From the NCBI RefSeq assembly GCF_009914755.1, contig NC_060939.1: DNA of 64,000 nucleotides. The stretch is one strand, 5' to 3'. The position numbers were made by a program, and so were the translations under genes. This DNA is from the human T2T-CHM13v2.0 reference genome, Homo sapiens. The stretch's first letter is position 1; each line of letters starts with the position of its first letter. Below the pieces are notes generated by a model. The model did not search any database, was not told the origin of the DNA, and saw nothing but the letters and a program-made list of their open reading frames with translations. Shown one piece after another: positions 1 through 14,550 of this stretch.

Positions 1-1802
1 GGGCTGCCATGCGATGTCTCTTCTCCTTCTCTCCAGATCCAAGCCAAGGAGCTAGAGCTCTCTATCTCCATCTGTGCCTAAGGCCTCGACAGAGGCTGCC
101 AGTGCTCAGTGTTGGGGAAGGCACCTGCAGATTCTCACACTCATATTACCAAAACCTGGAACTCTCAATATCCTTAAGAGATTTCAGCAAAACAACCCTT
201 TTTCGTTTTAGAGTGCTCTTATTTTTTAAGCCAAATGTTATTCTAAGCAAAAGCCTAGAGGGGCTGAAAGTCTGGTGGTACCATTACAGTGTTCAGGATT
301 ATCCACAGTTCTTGTCATGAAATTGGTGTATCTTAGTTTCCTCTTCTCATAGAGCAAGTTCTCTCCTGAGGGAATTCTTGGTCACTGAAGCAAACAGAGA
401 GCTGAAGAGCTTATGCCATTCCTCTCTAGGGAGGCCTGATTTCTAAGGAAAGCACAGCTCAGGCTCAAGTTTAGGCCTCATTAATAGTACAACTCTGCCT
501 GCCTTCAAAGGCCATACAGCCTAGGTGTGATAGACACACAGGCTGACCATTTATTCCAATGTACTGTGCTGAGTGATACAGTGGAAGAATATTTTAAGAG
601 ACACTTAGCCAAATTTGAAAATTCTCAATGGACCTTCTGAGAGATATGATGCCCAATTTAAAGCTTGAACATGAACACATTATATATTTTTTCTATTTTC
701 AATGATGCCAAATTCTCCCCTCCCAATCAAGATAAATTAGAGAAATGTGAGAAATCAAAATAGAGCCCCAGAGCCACTGGGCTCTAGTTTTTGGAAATGG
801 GAGGCACAGAATGGCCTGAGAAAGGCTCACTTTAGAACAAACTTCTAGTCGCTGCTGTGGAGACAATGACCTTAACCCTTTAGCTGAACAGCCCAGACTT
901 ACATTGAAACACAGGGACCTCGCTGGGCCCCTGGAACACTGTTGAGACGGATGCTCACACAATGTTTGGGGCTTGGTTAGTAGGGCCTCTGTGGGTGAAG
1001 AGCAAGGAGAAGCAACAGGAATGCCACATAGTTTCTCACCCTACCTAATTTGTGAATAAACCTCAAGCCACATATTTTCTACAAGATATATTAGCCAAGT
1101 TTGTCTCTGCTCATACTATTTCCCCAAGAATCAACTCAACAATTGACTCTACAGTTAGCAATGAACTCACAGCCCAAGCGGTTTTATTTTTGAAATGTGG
1201 GAACCCTTTATAGTTTTCTAAACTATAAAAGAAATATATGGCCTAAATGAGATAATTACTTATATTTTTCTTGAGCTGATATTTATTTTGGACTTTAGCT
1301 AATTAAAAATATAATATGACCCACTGAAATGTAGCTAATTTTTATCATAAAACCATTGACTACTTTCATATTTTCCCATGAGCAATTCTAAAGTGAGTCT
1401 TCTCAAACATTTTGCCTGCCAGGAGGGTTAGACTGAGTGTGAGTTCCAACCACACAGGGTTGACGAGGAGTGCTTTACAGAGGTGTGGAACACAGCCTCA
1501 GTATAGGCATTAAGATATGGCACTCTCTCCAAAACTCCATGTGAAACGCTTTGTGGCGGAGACTCTTCAGAGGCAAAACTATGAAGCCTTGAAAGCAGAA
1601 AATGAGGCATCTCTGACCCCTTTGTACATCCCAAAACCAAGCTTTGCCCCATGTCCATTCGGGTTTTGATTCTTGTTTTTTAACCCTTTTTCAATCACAT
1701 GGACACAAACACATAGATGTGCATATTTACACTCAAAAAGAGCCTGGCAGAGCAGTGAACAGTGTCTGGTCTCTGCTTTTCTGTTAGAAAAAAGCCTTAT
1801 AG

Positions 1803-2514
1803 ACATGAAAACAGTATGAAACTTCCTCAAAAAATTAAAAATAGAACTACGATTTGATCCAGCAACCCCACTTCTGGATATATATCCAAAAGAATTAAAA
1901 TCAAGATCTCAAAGAGATGTTAGCATTCCCATGTTTACTGCTGCATTATTCGCGATAGCCAAGATATGGAAACAACCTAAGTGTCCTTTGATCAGTGAAT
2001 AAAGGAAATGTGGTATATACAGTAGAATACTCTTCAGCCTTAAAAAGAAAGAAATCCTGCTATTTGTGACAACATGGATAAACCTTGAGGACATCAGGCT
2101 AAGTGAAATAAGCCACGCATAGAAAGACAAATACTGAATAATCTCATTGATAGGTGGAATCTAAAAAAGTTGAATCCAGAAGCGGAGAGTAGAACAGTCG
2201 TTGCCAGGGGCTAAAGGTTGGGGGAAAAGCAGGAATGTTGGTCCAAAAGTACAAACTTTCAATTATAAGATGAATAAGATCTGGGGATCTAATGTGCAGC
2301 ATGGTGACTATAGTTCGTAAGACTCTACCGCACACTTGAAATTTGCTAAGAGAGTAGACCTTATTTTTTTCTCACCACAAAAAACCTAATCATATGAGGT
2401 GATGAATGTGTTAATGATGTGGTCATCATTTTACAAGGTATACGTATACCAAATAATCACATTGTACTCCCTAAATATGTGACGTTTTTGTCAATTATAC
2501 ATCAATAAAGCTGG
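1803..2514 (+). mobile_element. L1 3' end (late ORF2 + 3'UTR), L1MA9/L1MB-like, 5'-truncated
   Basis: Typical L1 text: 'aaaatagaactacgatttgatccagcaaccccacttctgg', 'ggaaacaacctaagtgtcc', 'gaaatttgctaagagagtagacctt', ending 'caataaagctggg'. Confidence 0.92.
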
Positions 2515-3554
2515 GGTGGGGGTGGGGAAGAAAAGAAGCAGGCAGAGAAAACTCAGCTTATGAAACAGCATATAGAGAAGTCACTGTGTCAGCTGCCTCG
2601 GCCTCCTGGAAGTATTGTCATTGCCCAGAAGAAGGTCCAGGAAAATGAGAAATAAGAAGGACCCCACAAATGCTCTCTTTCTTATCTTTTTCTTTTGCAA
2701 GATCATCACTCTCAGTGTTGCAAACCAAAGTATGGTTTGAGGTGAACTGCCCATCTGTTACTCACCTCCTGTCAGCTGTCACCCAGCTCACTGATTGGAA
2801 AGAACACTAGGGCATTGGGTCTAAATTGGCCAAGGGGTAGGGAACATGGAGCAGTCATAAATGGAAAGTGTTCAGGCTCAAAACAAGTTGCTAGGGGGAA
2901 CCATACAGGAATCTGTGTGAGGCAGCTTGAAAATGTTTACATAAAATGCAGCAAAAGTGGGAGAGAAGAAAGCCAAATAAATCCATGCCCACAGATGTCC
3001 TCACATTTGAAGAGGGATTTTTTAGCAATTAAAAGTTTAGCAAGTGTTTGGGAGCCAGGAGTGGGAAGTTTTGGAGTCCCAATTAGGAGATAGATATAAA
3101 GTACTTCCAATCTGGAGACTGAAAAATCAGAAATAAAAAAAGGTGGTGGAGTAGTTTCAGAAAAGAGATTTTAAGGTTATTTCTAATAAAAGCCAATTAA
3201 AACAAAGCATAGCAACAACAAATTGTTCAAGACCCTTTGACTTTGTTGATTTCCTAAAATTTTATCTCTGAAATGAAAGGGTAGGTCTTTTGCTTTCTTG
3301 ACTTTTTCCCCAAATAAAGAAACAAATATATATATTAGAGAAATATATGAGAGAGAAAATGTGTTTGGAGAACGTTTTTCAAAACAGGACAAGGGAATAG
3401 AAAACTCTCTCCTTATAAGTTGCTCTCAGGAAATGTTACCTTAGTATTTGCTATTTTAGTTACTTTAATCAACTGATATCTTTTTTAAAGTTCTGGATTA
3501 GAATAATTATTATAATGAGTAAAACTTAGAGTGCTTACTATAACTGTAAAAAAG

Positions 3555-3680
3555 ATATAGAGAGTAGGTACCATTTTGGTCCTACTTCACACAGAGGGAA
3601 CTTAGGTTAATAACATTAAAACAGTAGCTAGAGCTTGAACCCTGGTCTTTCTCATAGCAAAGTCACACAATTAACCATGA
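3555..3680 (-). mobile_element. MIR fragment
   Basis: Degenerate reverse MIR core ('gtaggtaccattttggtcctacttcacacagagg...gagcttgaaccctggtc'). Confidence 0.55.
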
Positions 3681-4319
3681 GTGTAAATTTTCAAACTCCA
3701 CACCTCTTAGTTTCATGTGAGCTGTCCTTAATTCCCATAGCCACAACGTATTTAAATTTCAGAGAACACAACGATAGTTTTCACTGAAATTGCAAAACCA
3801 TTATCCTACAGGAGACAACGTTCTAAAGGTTCAAGGCATTAGCTGCTAGAAGTGATGTGCATTGAGCGATGGGCGGGACACTATGTCAACCAAGCAAAGG
3901 CCATTCTCTTGATTCATACACTTTGCTTCTGTTTGATAATACCTACAACCTTCATTCCAGGGCCTGACACAGTGTGGGCCAAATGATATACACAAAATAC
4001 ACATTTTGTATTCAGTTGATATTTTTGAACTGAAAATAATATCTTCCATCAATCTCTGCTCAGGTGTCACTTGAGCTCCAAGAAGCTGTCTGCACTAGCC
4101 ATGCCAGTCATGCCTGTCTCCAACCAGCCTGACTCCTTTCCTGTTGCCCCTTCACTAGTTCTGATTTCTCTCATGAAATTTAACTAAGGATTACATAAAA
4201 TCTGCATAAGTCAAATGCTCTGGAAGATGGAAATTTCTATGCATGTATAAAGCGTTATTGTTATAATTGTACATGTTGCGGCATCCCAGGCAGTAATGCT
4301 TGTGAGTTTACATTTGTAT

Positions 4320-4542
4320 GTAACATGCTCTGAGGCTGTACTGTGGGCCAAACAAAAAATATTTGATTTAATCTCACAACAACCTTTATAAGTGGCTGTT
4401 AACATTGCCCTGCTTTTACCAGTGAGGAATCTGAGGAGTAGAGAGGTTGTATATATTGAGCCAACACTCATAGTGAGGGACTGGCTCACCCAGAATTCAA
4501 ACTCATCTCTGTCTGACCTTGAAGCTTACACTCTGAACCATT
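4320..4542 (-). mobile_element. MIR
   Basis: 'tttaatctcacaacaacc...ttttaccagtgaggaatctgagg...gaattcaaactca...ctgaaccat' matches the reverse MIR consensus. Confidence 0.75.
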
Positions 4543-4559
4543 TTTTAAAACAGTCTCTA

Positions 4560-5012
4560 TATATTAGTTTCCTATTTCTGCTATAACAAATCACCACAAA
4601 CTTCGTGGCTTAAAAACAACACAAATTGATTATCTTACAGTTGTGGAAGTCAGAAGTGTGAAATGAGTCTTACGAAACTAAAATAAGAATTTGTTCTCTC
4701 TGGAGGCTCTATGGGAAACTCTGTCCCTTGTCTTTTTCACTTTCTAGAAGCCACTCACATTCTGGACTCTTGGTCACATCATCCTAACTTCTACTTTGGT
4801 TGCTGACTCTTCTCTAGCTCTGACCCTCCTGCCTCCCTCTTATGGAGAGCTTTGTGATTTCTTTGGGATGAATAATCTAGGATAATCTTCACATCTCAAC
4901 ATCCTTATTTAATCACACTTGCAAAGTTTCTTTTGTCATGTAAAATAACATATTCACAGATCCTGGGAATTACCATGCAGATGTCTTTGGGGGACCATTA
5001 TTCAATTACACA
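4560..5012 (-). mobile_element. MaLR solo LTR, MLT1B/C-like
   Basis: Starts 'tatattagtttcctatttctgctataacaaatcaccacaaactt', ends 'gggggaccattattcaattacaca'; reverse of the MLT1 consensus. Confidence 0.88.
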
Positions 5013-5529
5013 CTAAGAAATGCCTTATTTTTTTGTGGGGGGCGCTGGGGGAATCGTTTAACATATAGGTGTGTCTTTGCGTTTCCTTCACTACTATGAT
5101 TTAAGCTCATTGAGAAAAGAGACTGTCATCTCACAGCTGGCTGTAGCTCTCTGACAGAGCCTGCTGCCTGTGTGCTCCCATCTGCAGGGTGTGAATTCAA
5201 GAGATCTCTCCCTTAGCTCTGACCTCTCAATCCCCAACTACTCCACAGAAAAAGAAACTGCCCCCCAACCATTATTGGAGGAAAAGCTTATTATTCCATC
5301 ATCGGAAATGAAGCTAAAAATATAAATAGTATCGGAAGCTATAACATTGACCTCAGAATTAGACAAATTAGCAAAAATATCAAACCAGTTCTGATGGTGA
5401 AAGAAAAGAGCCCTGGTTGACTGAAGAGGCCAAAGGAAGGAGTACGGAACACAGGAAAATGATAATGAGAATTGGGACACTCAAAATAAAATTTTCTTTC
5501 TTCACAATTTTGCCAAAGTTCAGGCCTAC

Positions 5530-5936
5530 TGTAAATAAAATTCTGGTAATCATTAGTATTGTTCACCGATATTTTCAGTTCCTTTTCTTTCTGGCACGTA
5601 AGATTGCTATTTCCAAATCCTTGCAGTTATATGTGGCTAAGGGACATCTAAGACAAGCAGAGGTACAACATGACTGAAGCGATATGTGTCACATCCGGGT
5701 GGAGGCCTTGGAGAGCGGGTGCCACATTCCCAGACACTTCCAGAGTAACTGACAATGCCTGACACCATGGAGCCTCCGTGAGCCTGTGCACCTGAGGATT
5801 AGGACATGGGGAAGGGCCTCCAGTTGACCCGTGATGGTCATAAAGCATCAGTAAGGAATAAGCCCTTGTTGTTAATAACCAATCATATATGTGGGTTTAC
5901 TATATTGCAGCTAATAGAGTCTCTCCTGAGTGATGT
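5530..5936 (+). mobile_element. Old MaLR LTR (MLT1I/J-like)
   Basis: 'gaagcgatatgtgtcacatccggg', 'gagcctccgtgagcctg', 'gaataagcccttgttgtt' resemble older MLT1 LTRs. Confidence 0.6.
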
Positions 5937-6393
5937 AAAAATCTAGTTCTTTTCTGGACACAATGACTATTGAAGGAGAAAAATAAGGAAAGGGAAGGGT
6001 GGTTGGATATCATTTAGTGGCAATAGATGTTTTCTCAAACTTCCCCTAAGAACATTGCATTAAATGAAAACGAGCACTCTTCTGGAAACCTGAAAGTATA
6101 ATGTAACAAGGATATACAAGGGCTTTATAAATTGTGAATCATTTTGCAAATGCTAGCTAAAACAATATTTATTTATCATCCACAACTGCAGCCAAGATTA
6201 CATGTTTTCTCATTTTGTAAGTCCATAATATTTACCTAGCTCTCACTAAAGAAATACTTAATCACACTGTATGTGGACAATTCAAAAGATCAGAGACAAC
6301 TCTTCTAATTTATGTGTCAAAACAAATATCCCCAAGAAAGACTAAGGCCACTTGATAGACTATGTACAATTCAAGATGAATGCTTCTTTGCTA

Positions 6394-6700
6394 TTTTTTT
6401 TTTTTTTTTTTTTTTTGGAACAGGATCTTGTTTTGTCATCCAGGCTGGAGTGCAGTGGCACAGTCACAACTCACTGCAGCTTCAACCACATTGGCTCAAG
6501 TGATCCTCCCACCATCAGCCTTTTTGGTAGGTGGGACTATAAGCACATGCTACCATGCCCAGTCAAGTTTTTAATTTCTTTGTAGAGACAGAGATCTCAC
6601 TATGTTGCCCAAGCTGATCTCAAACTCATGAGCTCAAGTGATCCTCCCATCTTGGCCCCCAAAGTGTTGGGATTACAGGCGTGAGCCACTGCTCCTGGCC
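6394..6700 (-). mobile_element. AluJ element
   Basis: Poly-T at 6394-6416, then reverse Alu with J-type features ('ctcactatgttgcccaagctg', 'gctcaagtgatcctccc'); flanking 'ttgcta' is a probable TSD. Confidence 0.95.
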
Positions 6701-8069
6701 TTGCTACTCTTTTTATTATTCACAACCTCTAGAAATAGTATAGGAGATCCAAGCACTAGTCTCCCGTTGTCATGGATACAGAAAGTGGAGAAGAGAGCAG
6801 GATAAGTGGCTTGTTTGGGACTAGACAAGGCTGTCACTAAATGACTCACTACTTCAGCCCTTTGCTCCTCTTGGCACCTGGACCAGCAAAGGCACACATA
6901 TTCTGTAATTGTTTTGTTCCTGCCAAACCTGTTACAAGGAATAAACTTAGAGCACCCAGAAGTTTAGCAACATATTATCATCTTGGAATGTGACATTATT
7001 AAACCCTCCTAATCCCCATGTCTACAAAATTAAGAAATCCAGAGCATGTTTTCTAAATGGAAATGGAAGCGTATACAGGCTTAATCACAAAGAGTTAATT
7101 TTTAAGCCCTTAAAATTAGAGAAATGACAATGACAATATAAATTCTTATTTTTACCACTTCTGGGGTGAAGCTTGTTTGGAGAAGCTAGCACTGGTTAGA
7201 AAGAATAGCCATGTCAGACTGAGGAAATCACAGCTCTCACCTGTAGTTACTGGCAAAACAAAGTCTGGACTTTGTCTCTAGTGGCAGAGGTTGGAACTTG
7301 ATCTCTTAGCTTCTAGTCAGTTCTATTGCCACCAAACAAGGAATAAGCAAGATTTCCTTCTCTGGATTGCCTTTGGGATTGACTATCTGTTCATCCTGTT
7401 TAGTGAGTCTCCTCTATAAGGAGTCTTCAGGGTTCCAGGCACTCTGAGGGCTGTTTCTCACTCCAGGGCCCCTCTACTGGAGGGCACAAACTGTGGGCCA
7501 CATACAAGGTACAGCCACACCCCAGGGTGCTGTCAGAGTCCAGCACTCACAAGTTTACAATGGTTACCCACTTGGTTTCACCTCAGGTCACTGTTACTTT
7601 CTTTTAGCCACCTATTCTTTAGAAGACAAGTTCCCTTCCTGATTTCTGACCATTCTCTTCTTGACAGGGTCAACTTCCATAGTGCCACCTACCTTCCTCC
7701 TTTCCTGACCCAAGCTACTCTTTCCCAACTTTTCTCAGATCCTTTGTTGAAACAATTTTATTTTGCACTGTTACATTCCCTCGTGTGTCATGAGGGGTGC
7801 ACTTCAAGTAAATGTCCACACTGACAAAGCAACTATATCTCTGTAACTAATTCCAGCCAAAAAGTTCTTCCTAAAAGGAGTATAATTAGGAAAGAAATTA
7901 TGCACATAAACAACATTCCTTTCCTGGGATGGACTGATGATTGTTGGAAATATTTTATTAACTCATACCCTCCTTTATTCCCAAAAGGATTCAGGGCAGC
8001 ATCTTTCCATGCCTTTTTTGGAGTGTAGGGTAACATATGCTGCTGTGGTCTGTGAAAAGAATGGGCAGC

Positions 8070-8386
<317 letters not shown>

Positions 8387-11300
8387 TTAGTAAGGCTTCC
8401 ATTCTTGTTTTAAGAAATAGCAAAGGGTTAATATTTAAACTCATAAAGCTCTTGAAACCTTGTGTAAGTAACCTTATCCTAGAAAAATGACCTGTATTTT
8501 AATTTATATTAGATGGGGAATTTTCACATGTAAACCTTCCCTAGGTAAGAAAAAGAAAAGGAAGATTCCCGAAAGACTCAGATAGAAGAGAGAGGGTAAC
8601 CGTCAAAGAAAACACATCCTGTCTAGGATAATATGGGGTCTGGATCATCAAAATTGTCTGAATTTTTATTGCTTTCCCTGCCATTATGATTTGAAAAGGC
8701 TTGTTGAGATGTCCTCTCTACCAGATTGGATAAATCAATGTCCTTGGCTGGAATGTTCAAGCTCAGAGAGGCCAGGAACTCAGGTGTGTGACCTTCGACT
8801 TTTTAATAAATAGAAAGCAATGAAGACTGCCTGAGGTTACAGATCATTGAGATGAGTTTTAATTACCCTTTTGGGGAGACACAAGCCAAAGCGTTCAACA
8901 AAACTACAACCCATTGGCTCTCTCGAGTTTAGAACATTAATGTCTCATTTCCATAGCTCTCTCGGTCATCTCTTAAACACAATGTTTGAATTCCCAAGGT
9001 CATTTTGCCATGAATTTCTCCCAAACCCTTAAGAAAAGACAATATCAGCAGGGAAAGAGGCCAGTCCACTCTTTCAAGGAAGCAGTTTTCAGAGAAGTAT
9101 CAAGACCCTTGTCAGCACTAGGAAGGATATGTGAATTTTTATGATTGCCTCTTTACTCTTTCCCACATGTGATCAATGACTAGAGGTGAAGTAAGTCCTT
9201 CTCAGGGTGGGACAAGAGGCATGTCTAAGGCTTGTTTCCTTATAATTTTGTCTTTCATTTACTTTCTGTAGTTCTGTGGCCAGCTCATAGGACTCCAGGG
9301 ACCTTGAGACTGAAGCACATTCTACAAATAAAGTCAAATGCAGTGAGTAATCTGAGCTCAGTGCAGCTGAGAGGGCAGGGGTCAGGCCTGGAAGTCATCA
9401 GATGAAAAATCAGACCAAAAATTAAAATGAAAATATTGGCAGCTAGTGAAATACCAAAAAACGACAATTCCTTCATTTGGTCCTCCCTGCCTTTCCAGAC
9501 CATGATCTCTCACGCTACATTCAAGTTCCAAGGAGATCCTTCTCTATGCAGAGATCATATAGGACCCTCAGGTGCTTGCGAGAGCATATGGTATGTTCTT
9601 TGCCCCTGGGAACGTTCTCTTTTGGACATCAGCTGAATCCTTACAAGCTCTAGTGTTGCTCTAGTCTAGACTCAATGGATCACTGTCCAAGGAATCAGAC
9701 CTATTGATGACTCTCAAAAATTTCAGTAAAGGGATACTTATATAAACATCAAACTGAAGAGCCATTTATCAGCTCTGTGTGCACATAAATCATCACCCAG
9801 AGAGAGGATATTTCAACCAGAAAAGATAAGGAAGTTTAGCTAAGCTGTCTGAAGAAAGTCAGTGAAGGTTGAATAAGGATAAAGGGAGGCTTCCCTATTA
9901 GGACATGAAGGGAAAAAGGGAAATTCCCCAAATAAGAAAAAAATTGGGACAAGCCCAGTCAATTACAGAGACTGCCCTGAAAAGACTGGCCAATGTGAGC
10001 TGACCCTGGAGCTGAGACTAAAAGCTAAATGCCAAAGTCTGTTTCTCAGAGGTCAGCTGGTGCCTGAGACCCAGCATCGGGGTTATTAGGCCATAGCTGG
10101 AGCCTTCCTGGCTCAGCCTCACTCCCCAAAGGGCCATTGTTATTCAATAGGCCAATAGTTGCTAAATCCAACTGAACAAGATGAATTATATAATCTTTCT
10201 CTGTGGGGGTTTTATGATTAGATAAGTTTTGCATAGAGACTTCAGGAAGGCCACCCTTAATTTAGACTTTGGATTAATATTCACTCTCTCATAATTTTAT
10301 GCATTATCTCCTAGATAGAATTCACCTGATTATAAGGGAAAAAAGAGATGAGATAGTCTGAAAAATACTCAAAGACATGCTGCCAACTTAATAAAAGCTA
10401 AAAGTTTCAGCCTAAACATTCCTCTTTAATGAAGACCTTGGTGCAGCTGAAATGGGATGATTCCATTCTAAAACATCTAAAGAAATTTACCATAGTTAGC
10501 AGAACAGATTTGCTTCTTCTCAGTGAAATTATCTTTCATCTTTCTCAATGTTTATAAAAGTAGGATCTTTAAAAGTCTGCATTATAAAGCAAAAAAAAAA
10601 AAAAAAACTGTCCCACAGCTAAAAACCAAAAATAAGTCATCAAAACTGAAATGGAAACACATTCCCCTCGATAATTACATTTTAGTAAATAAAGATATAA
10701 CTAGCTGTTGGTGATGATTTCTGGTGATGAAAATGACCCAGAATTCTACTTCAATCATAGTTGAGTCCAATTTTTAAAAATCAATCACATTTACTTGTTG
10801 TATGTCATTATGCCAATGAATAGGTTAACAAGAAGATAGCTGCTAGCAACAATATTCCAATTCAGAAGTGGACATGAAGACAAACAGGATTCTCTGATGA
10901 ATGACCCCAGTGGGTAATTAGCAATGTATTGAAAACAGATAACAGGTGCCCTAGACTCCCCAGCCAGCAAGGAGGCTATGTCCAAACTCAGCTTCTCACA
11001 GATCTCTAGTTAGTGGGGGGGTGTCTTTCCCAGAACTCCCCTTTAAACAGCTGGCACCTGAGCTCAGACTTCCAGGAACTTAAGCCCAAAATGCTTATTC
11101 ACTCCGTTCCAGGCTGCTCTCAGGCTTACTCTATAAAAAAGGGAGAGCCACAGAAAAGAGTGTTTTCTGGAACCCAGATCCTCAGTGTAATTAGATGTGT
11201 TCCAGCCTAAGCATTTCTTTTTTGCAGGAAGCCAAGAGAACAGAGACCCATGCAGCCACTGGCTCTTCTGCCTGTTAATTCCAATCTGTCTCAAATAATG

Positions 11301-11849
11301 CTGTTCACCCAGAGTCTTTGCATAACAATGAGGAAACAGAGACACAAGGGTACAACACCGCCATCATCTATCCATCGAGTCAGCAGAGTCACTGTAGATG
11401 GCATCCACCTTCTTATTTACAAAGAAACCGATACACAAAGACACCAGCCATAGACCTAGACTTTAAACTGTATTTGCTACCCCTTTTATGCCCACAACAT
11501 AGTAGTGCCTGCAGAATTGTTAACTAAAGTGTTTCTCTAATGAGGGAGTAAGTGAGCATTCTTATATGATGGCTTTCAGTAACCAAAAGGAAACAAATTT
11601 AGTACAAGGGCGCTTTGGTAAAATGACATAGGAAATGGATTCTGGTATTTGCCTGCAATAAATTATAAATTGGCAGGGAACAGACAACATTTTATATTCA
11701 TTTAAAATAAGCATAATGAAGAATTGCTTTTTAAGTGAAGACCAAGATAATCTCGGCATTTGACGTTATCAACACATCTTTCATTTTCCCACATACAATC
11801 TGCCCTGTGCTGCACACCACAAATTTACATGCAAAAAATATAAAAGGGA

Positions 11850-12163
11850 GGCTGGGCGTGGTGGCTCACGCCTGTAATCCCATCACTTTGGGAGGCCGAG
11901 GCGGGCAGATCACGAGGTCAGCAGATCGAGACCATCCTGGCTAACACAGTGAAATCCCGTCTCTACTAAAAAAATTAAAAATAAAAAAATTAGCCGGGCA
12001 TGGTGGCGGGCACCTGTAGTCCCAGCTACTCAGGAGGCTGAGGCAGGAGAATGGCATGAACCTGGGAGGAGGAGCTTGCAGTGAGCCGAGATCGCGCCCC
12101 TGCACTCCAGCCTGGGCGACAGAGCGAAGACTCCGTCTCAAAAAAAAAAAAAAAAAAAAAAAA
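11850..12163 (+). mobile_element. AluY element
   Basis: Y diagnostics 'gaccatcctggctaacac', 'gaatggcatgaacc', 'gagcttgcagtg'; poly-A tail; TSD-like 'atataaaagg'. Confidence 0.97.
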
Positions 12164-13224
12164 TTTATATATATATAAAAGGATACAAATAATGTCTGAA
12201 TGATCTGAATGATCATGTCTGCTCTTGTGTATGTAAAAGCCTAATTTCCAAAAGTGGAATAAAGAGAAAAAATACACAAACAAAAATTATAAGCTCCTGG
12301 AGTTCAGCCATGAAATATTATTGAGATTAGAAGAAGGGTGAAGCCATGGTCAAGCTCTTGATGAAATGCCCTGCTTGCCTATAAAGAGATGTGAATCTTA
12401 ACATCTCCATGGTGATGAGCAGACAGATGCCCACTGGTGTTTTCATGTCTACATTTAATGGGTGAGAATTTCAATGATTTATTCCAAGCTTTGGGGGCTG
12501 GGGGTAAACTCAGATTTTTATCTAGCATGAAACTCTTGTGGCCTCTCTGAACAATGTAGCCTGACTTTCTGTTGGATTGATGCTGAAAAGCTCTTTTATT
12601 TCTCTATAGCAAATGGTTCCCTGGTCTTTTGGTATACCAGAGAAGTGAGATATATAACCCTAAACCAGCTTAAAAGTTAGCTTGCTGTACCTAGTGTTCC
12701 AACACATTCTGTCTCTTGTACCATTTATTTTATTTCATATTAACTAATGTTACTTTTCTTCATTCGTAAGTATTCAGTTGGTCATAAGATAATTGCTATT
12801 TGACAATCTTTTAAATTTATTTCATTCTTTATGGAAAAGTAAATGCAACCAGGAATATTAGCATTAACATAAATCCAAATAAAACCAGGTGACAGGCAAG
12901 TTAAAATGTTCCAAACAACACTGAAACAAAACCTCAAAACTCTAGCATGGCACATACTGTTCCTGAATATTCTCTGATTTTAGACACATCATCAAGATTA
13001 TGCTGGTGGTCAGGAGGAACATTGGAGTTACTATCTTAAGGTGAAAGACATGAGAATCTGTGAGCAAGAATAGAGTTGATTTTAATTCTAAAAGGGCTGA
13101 AGCCACACTCTCCTTCACTGAAGAAGTGCTGCCTCCTCTTTTCTCCTCCATTTTCCATTTGCTGCTGTGATTACCAGATGTGATAGTCAGACTCTTTAGA
13201 AATGTTTAAGACTTTGTTAAGGAA

Positions 13225-13705
13225 TATGTGGAGATGGAAATTTTCATGCAATGCTCATAAAGTATAAATTGACACAATTTTTCTGGGAAGCAACTTGGCA
13301 AAATAAAACAGCCTTAAAAGTGATCAAATTATTTGTTCCAGTATTCCTCTACTAGAAATTTATCCTAAAGAAATAGTTATAATAGAAAATACACAAAACA
13401 CCTTAACTGCCTAATTGTATTGGAATGATTAAATTAATGTACATTAACAAGATGAAATAGTATTAAGTAATATCTTTGAGGATATATTCACAGCATTAAG
13501 TGAAAAAGCATGAATACAATTTTATGTACAGCATGTCCTCAATATATTTACATGCACACAAATACACACAAATGGATATATTAGACAAAACATTGGGAAG
13601 AAATATGCCAGAGTAGTTAAAGTGGTTATTTCAGGGTGGAAGAGAAGAATAATTTTTACTTATACTTTTCTGTGTTTTCCAGTTGCTTATATTGAGCATG
13701 TTACT
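13225..13705 (+). mobile_element. Old L1 3' fragment (L1ME-like)
   Basis: 'agtataaattgacacaatttttctgggaagcaacttggcaaa', 'ctactagaaatttatcctaaagaaata'. Confidence 0.65.
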
Positions 13706-14030
13706 CAATTTTACCAGATATGCATTTATAATTGCAATAGTGATAAATATTCTGTAAACTTGAAACAGCATAGAAATGTATGAAATAAAAGACATCTCCC
13801 CACTCATTCTCCTGATCTCTGCTTACTAGCAAGAAAAATACAGTTTATATTTCCAAACTATTTATGTGTATATATATATACATATATACATGATATACAC
13901 ATATATATACATTTATACAATAATTTTATAAAAACATAATACTGAGCATATTGCTCTACAATTTATTTTATATTAACCAAAATTCCTTGGACATCTTTTT
14001 ATGTTGTTATATAGGAATACATCAGTTTTT

Positions 14031-14550
14031 ATAGACTTTAATTTTTAGAGCAGTTTTAGATTCACAGAGAAATTGAGCAAAAAGTACAGAGTTCCCATAT
14101 TTCCCTGCCCCCACATACACATGGCCTCCCCCACTATCAACATTTCACATCAGCATGGTGCATTTTTTACAACTGATGTACCTACACTGGCACATCATTA
14201 TCACCCAAAGTCCATAATTTACATTCTTGGTATTATACATTTCATGAGTTCACTCTTGGGTGTTGTACATTCTGTGGGTTTCGACAAGCATAATGGCATG
14301 TGTGCTGTGTTCTGTATCATATTATAGTATTATATGGAATAGTTTCAGTGTCCTAAAATTTCTCTGTGCTTTGCCTATTCATCCCTCCCACCTAACCACT
14401 GGCAACCATTAATATTTTTACTGTCTCTATAGTTTTCCTTATTTAGAATGTCATATAGTTGAAATTATATAGTATATAGACTTTTCAGATTGGCTTATTT
14501 TATTTACTAATATGCATTTAAGATTCTTCCATGTCTTTTCATAGCTTGAT
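14031..14550 (-). mobile_element. L1MC1/2-like 3'UTR (host element, distal part)
   Basis: 'tttttagagcagttttagattcacag', 'cacatcattatcacccaaagtccata' are characteristic of reverse L1MC 3'UTR; breaks off at 'catagcttgat'. Confidence 0.85.

Noticed and set aside
1909-2335. Minus-strand ORFs (MSFYAWLISLS..., MCGRVLRT...)
   Set aside because: Antisense translations of an L1 3' end.
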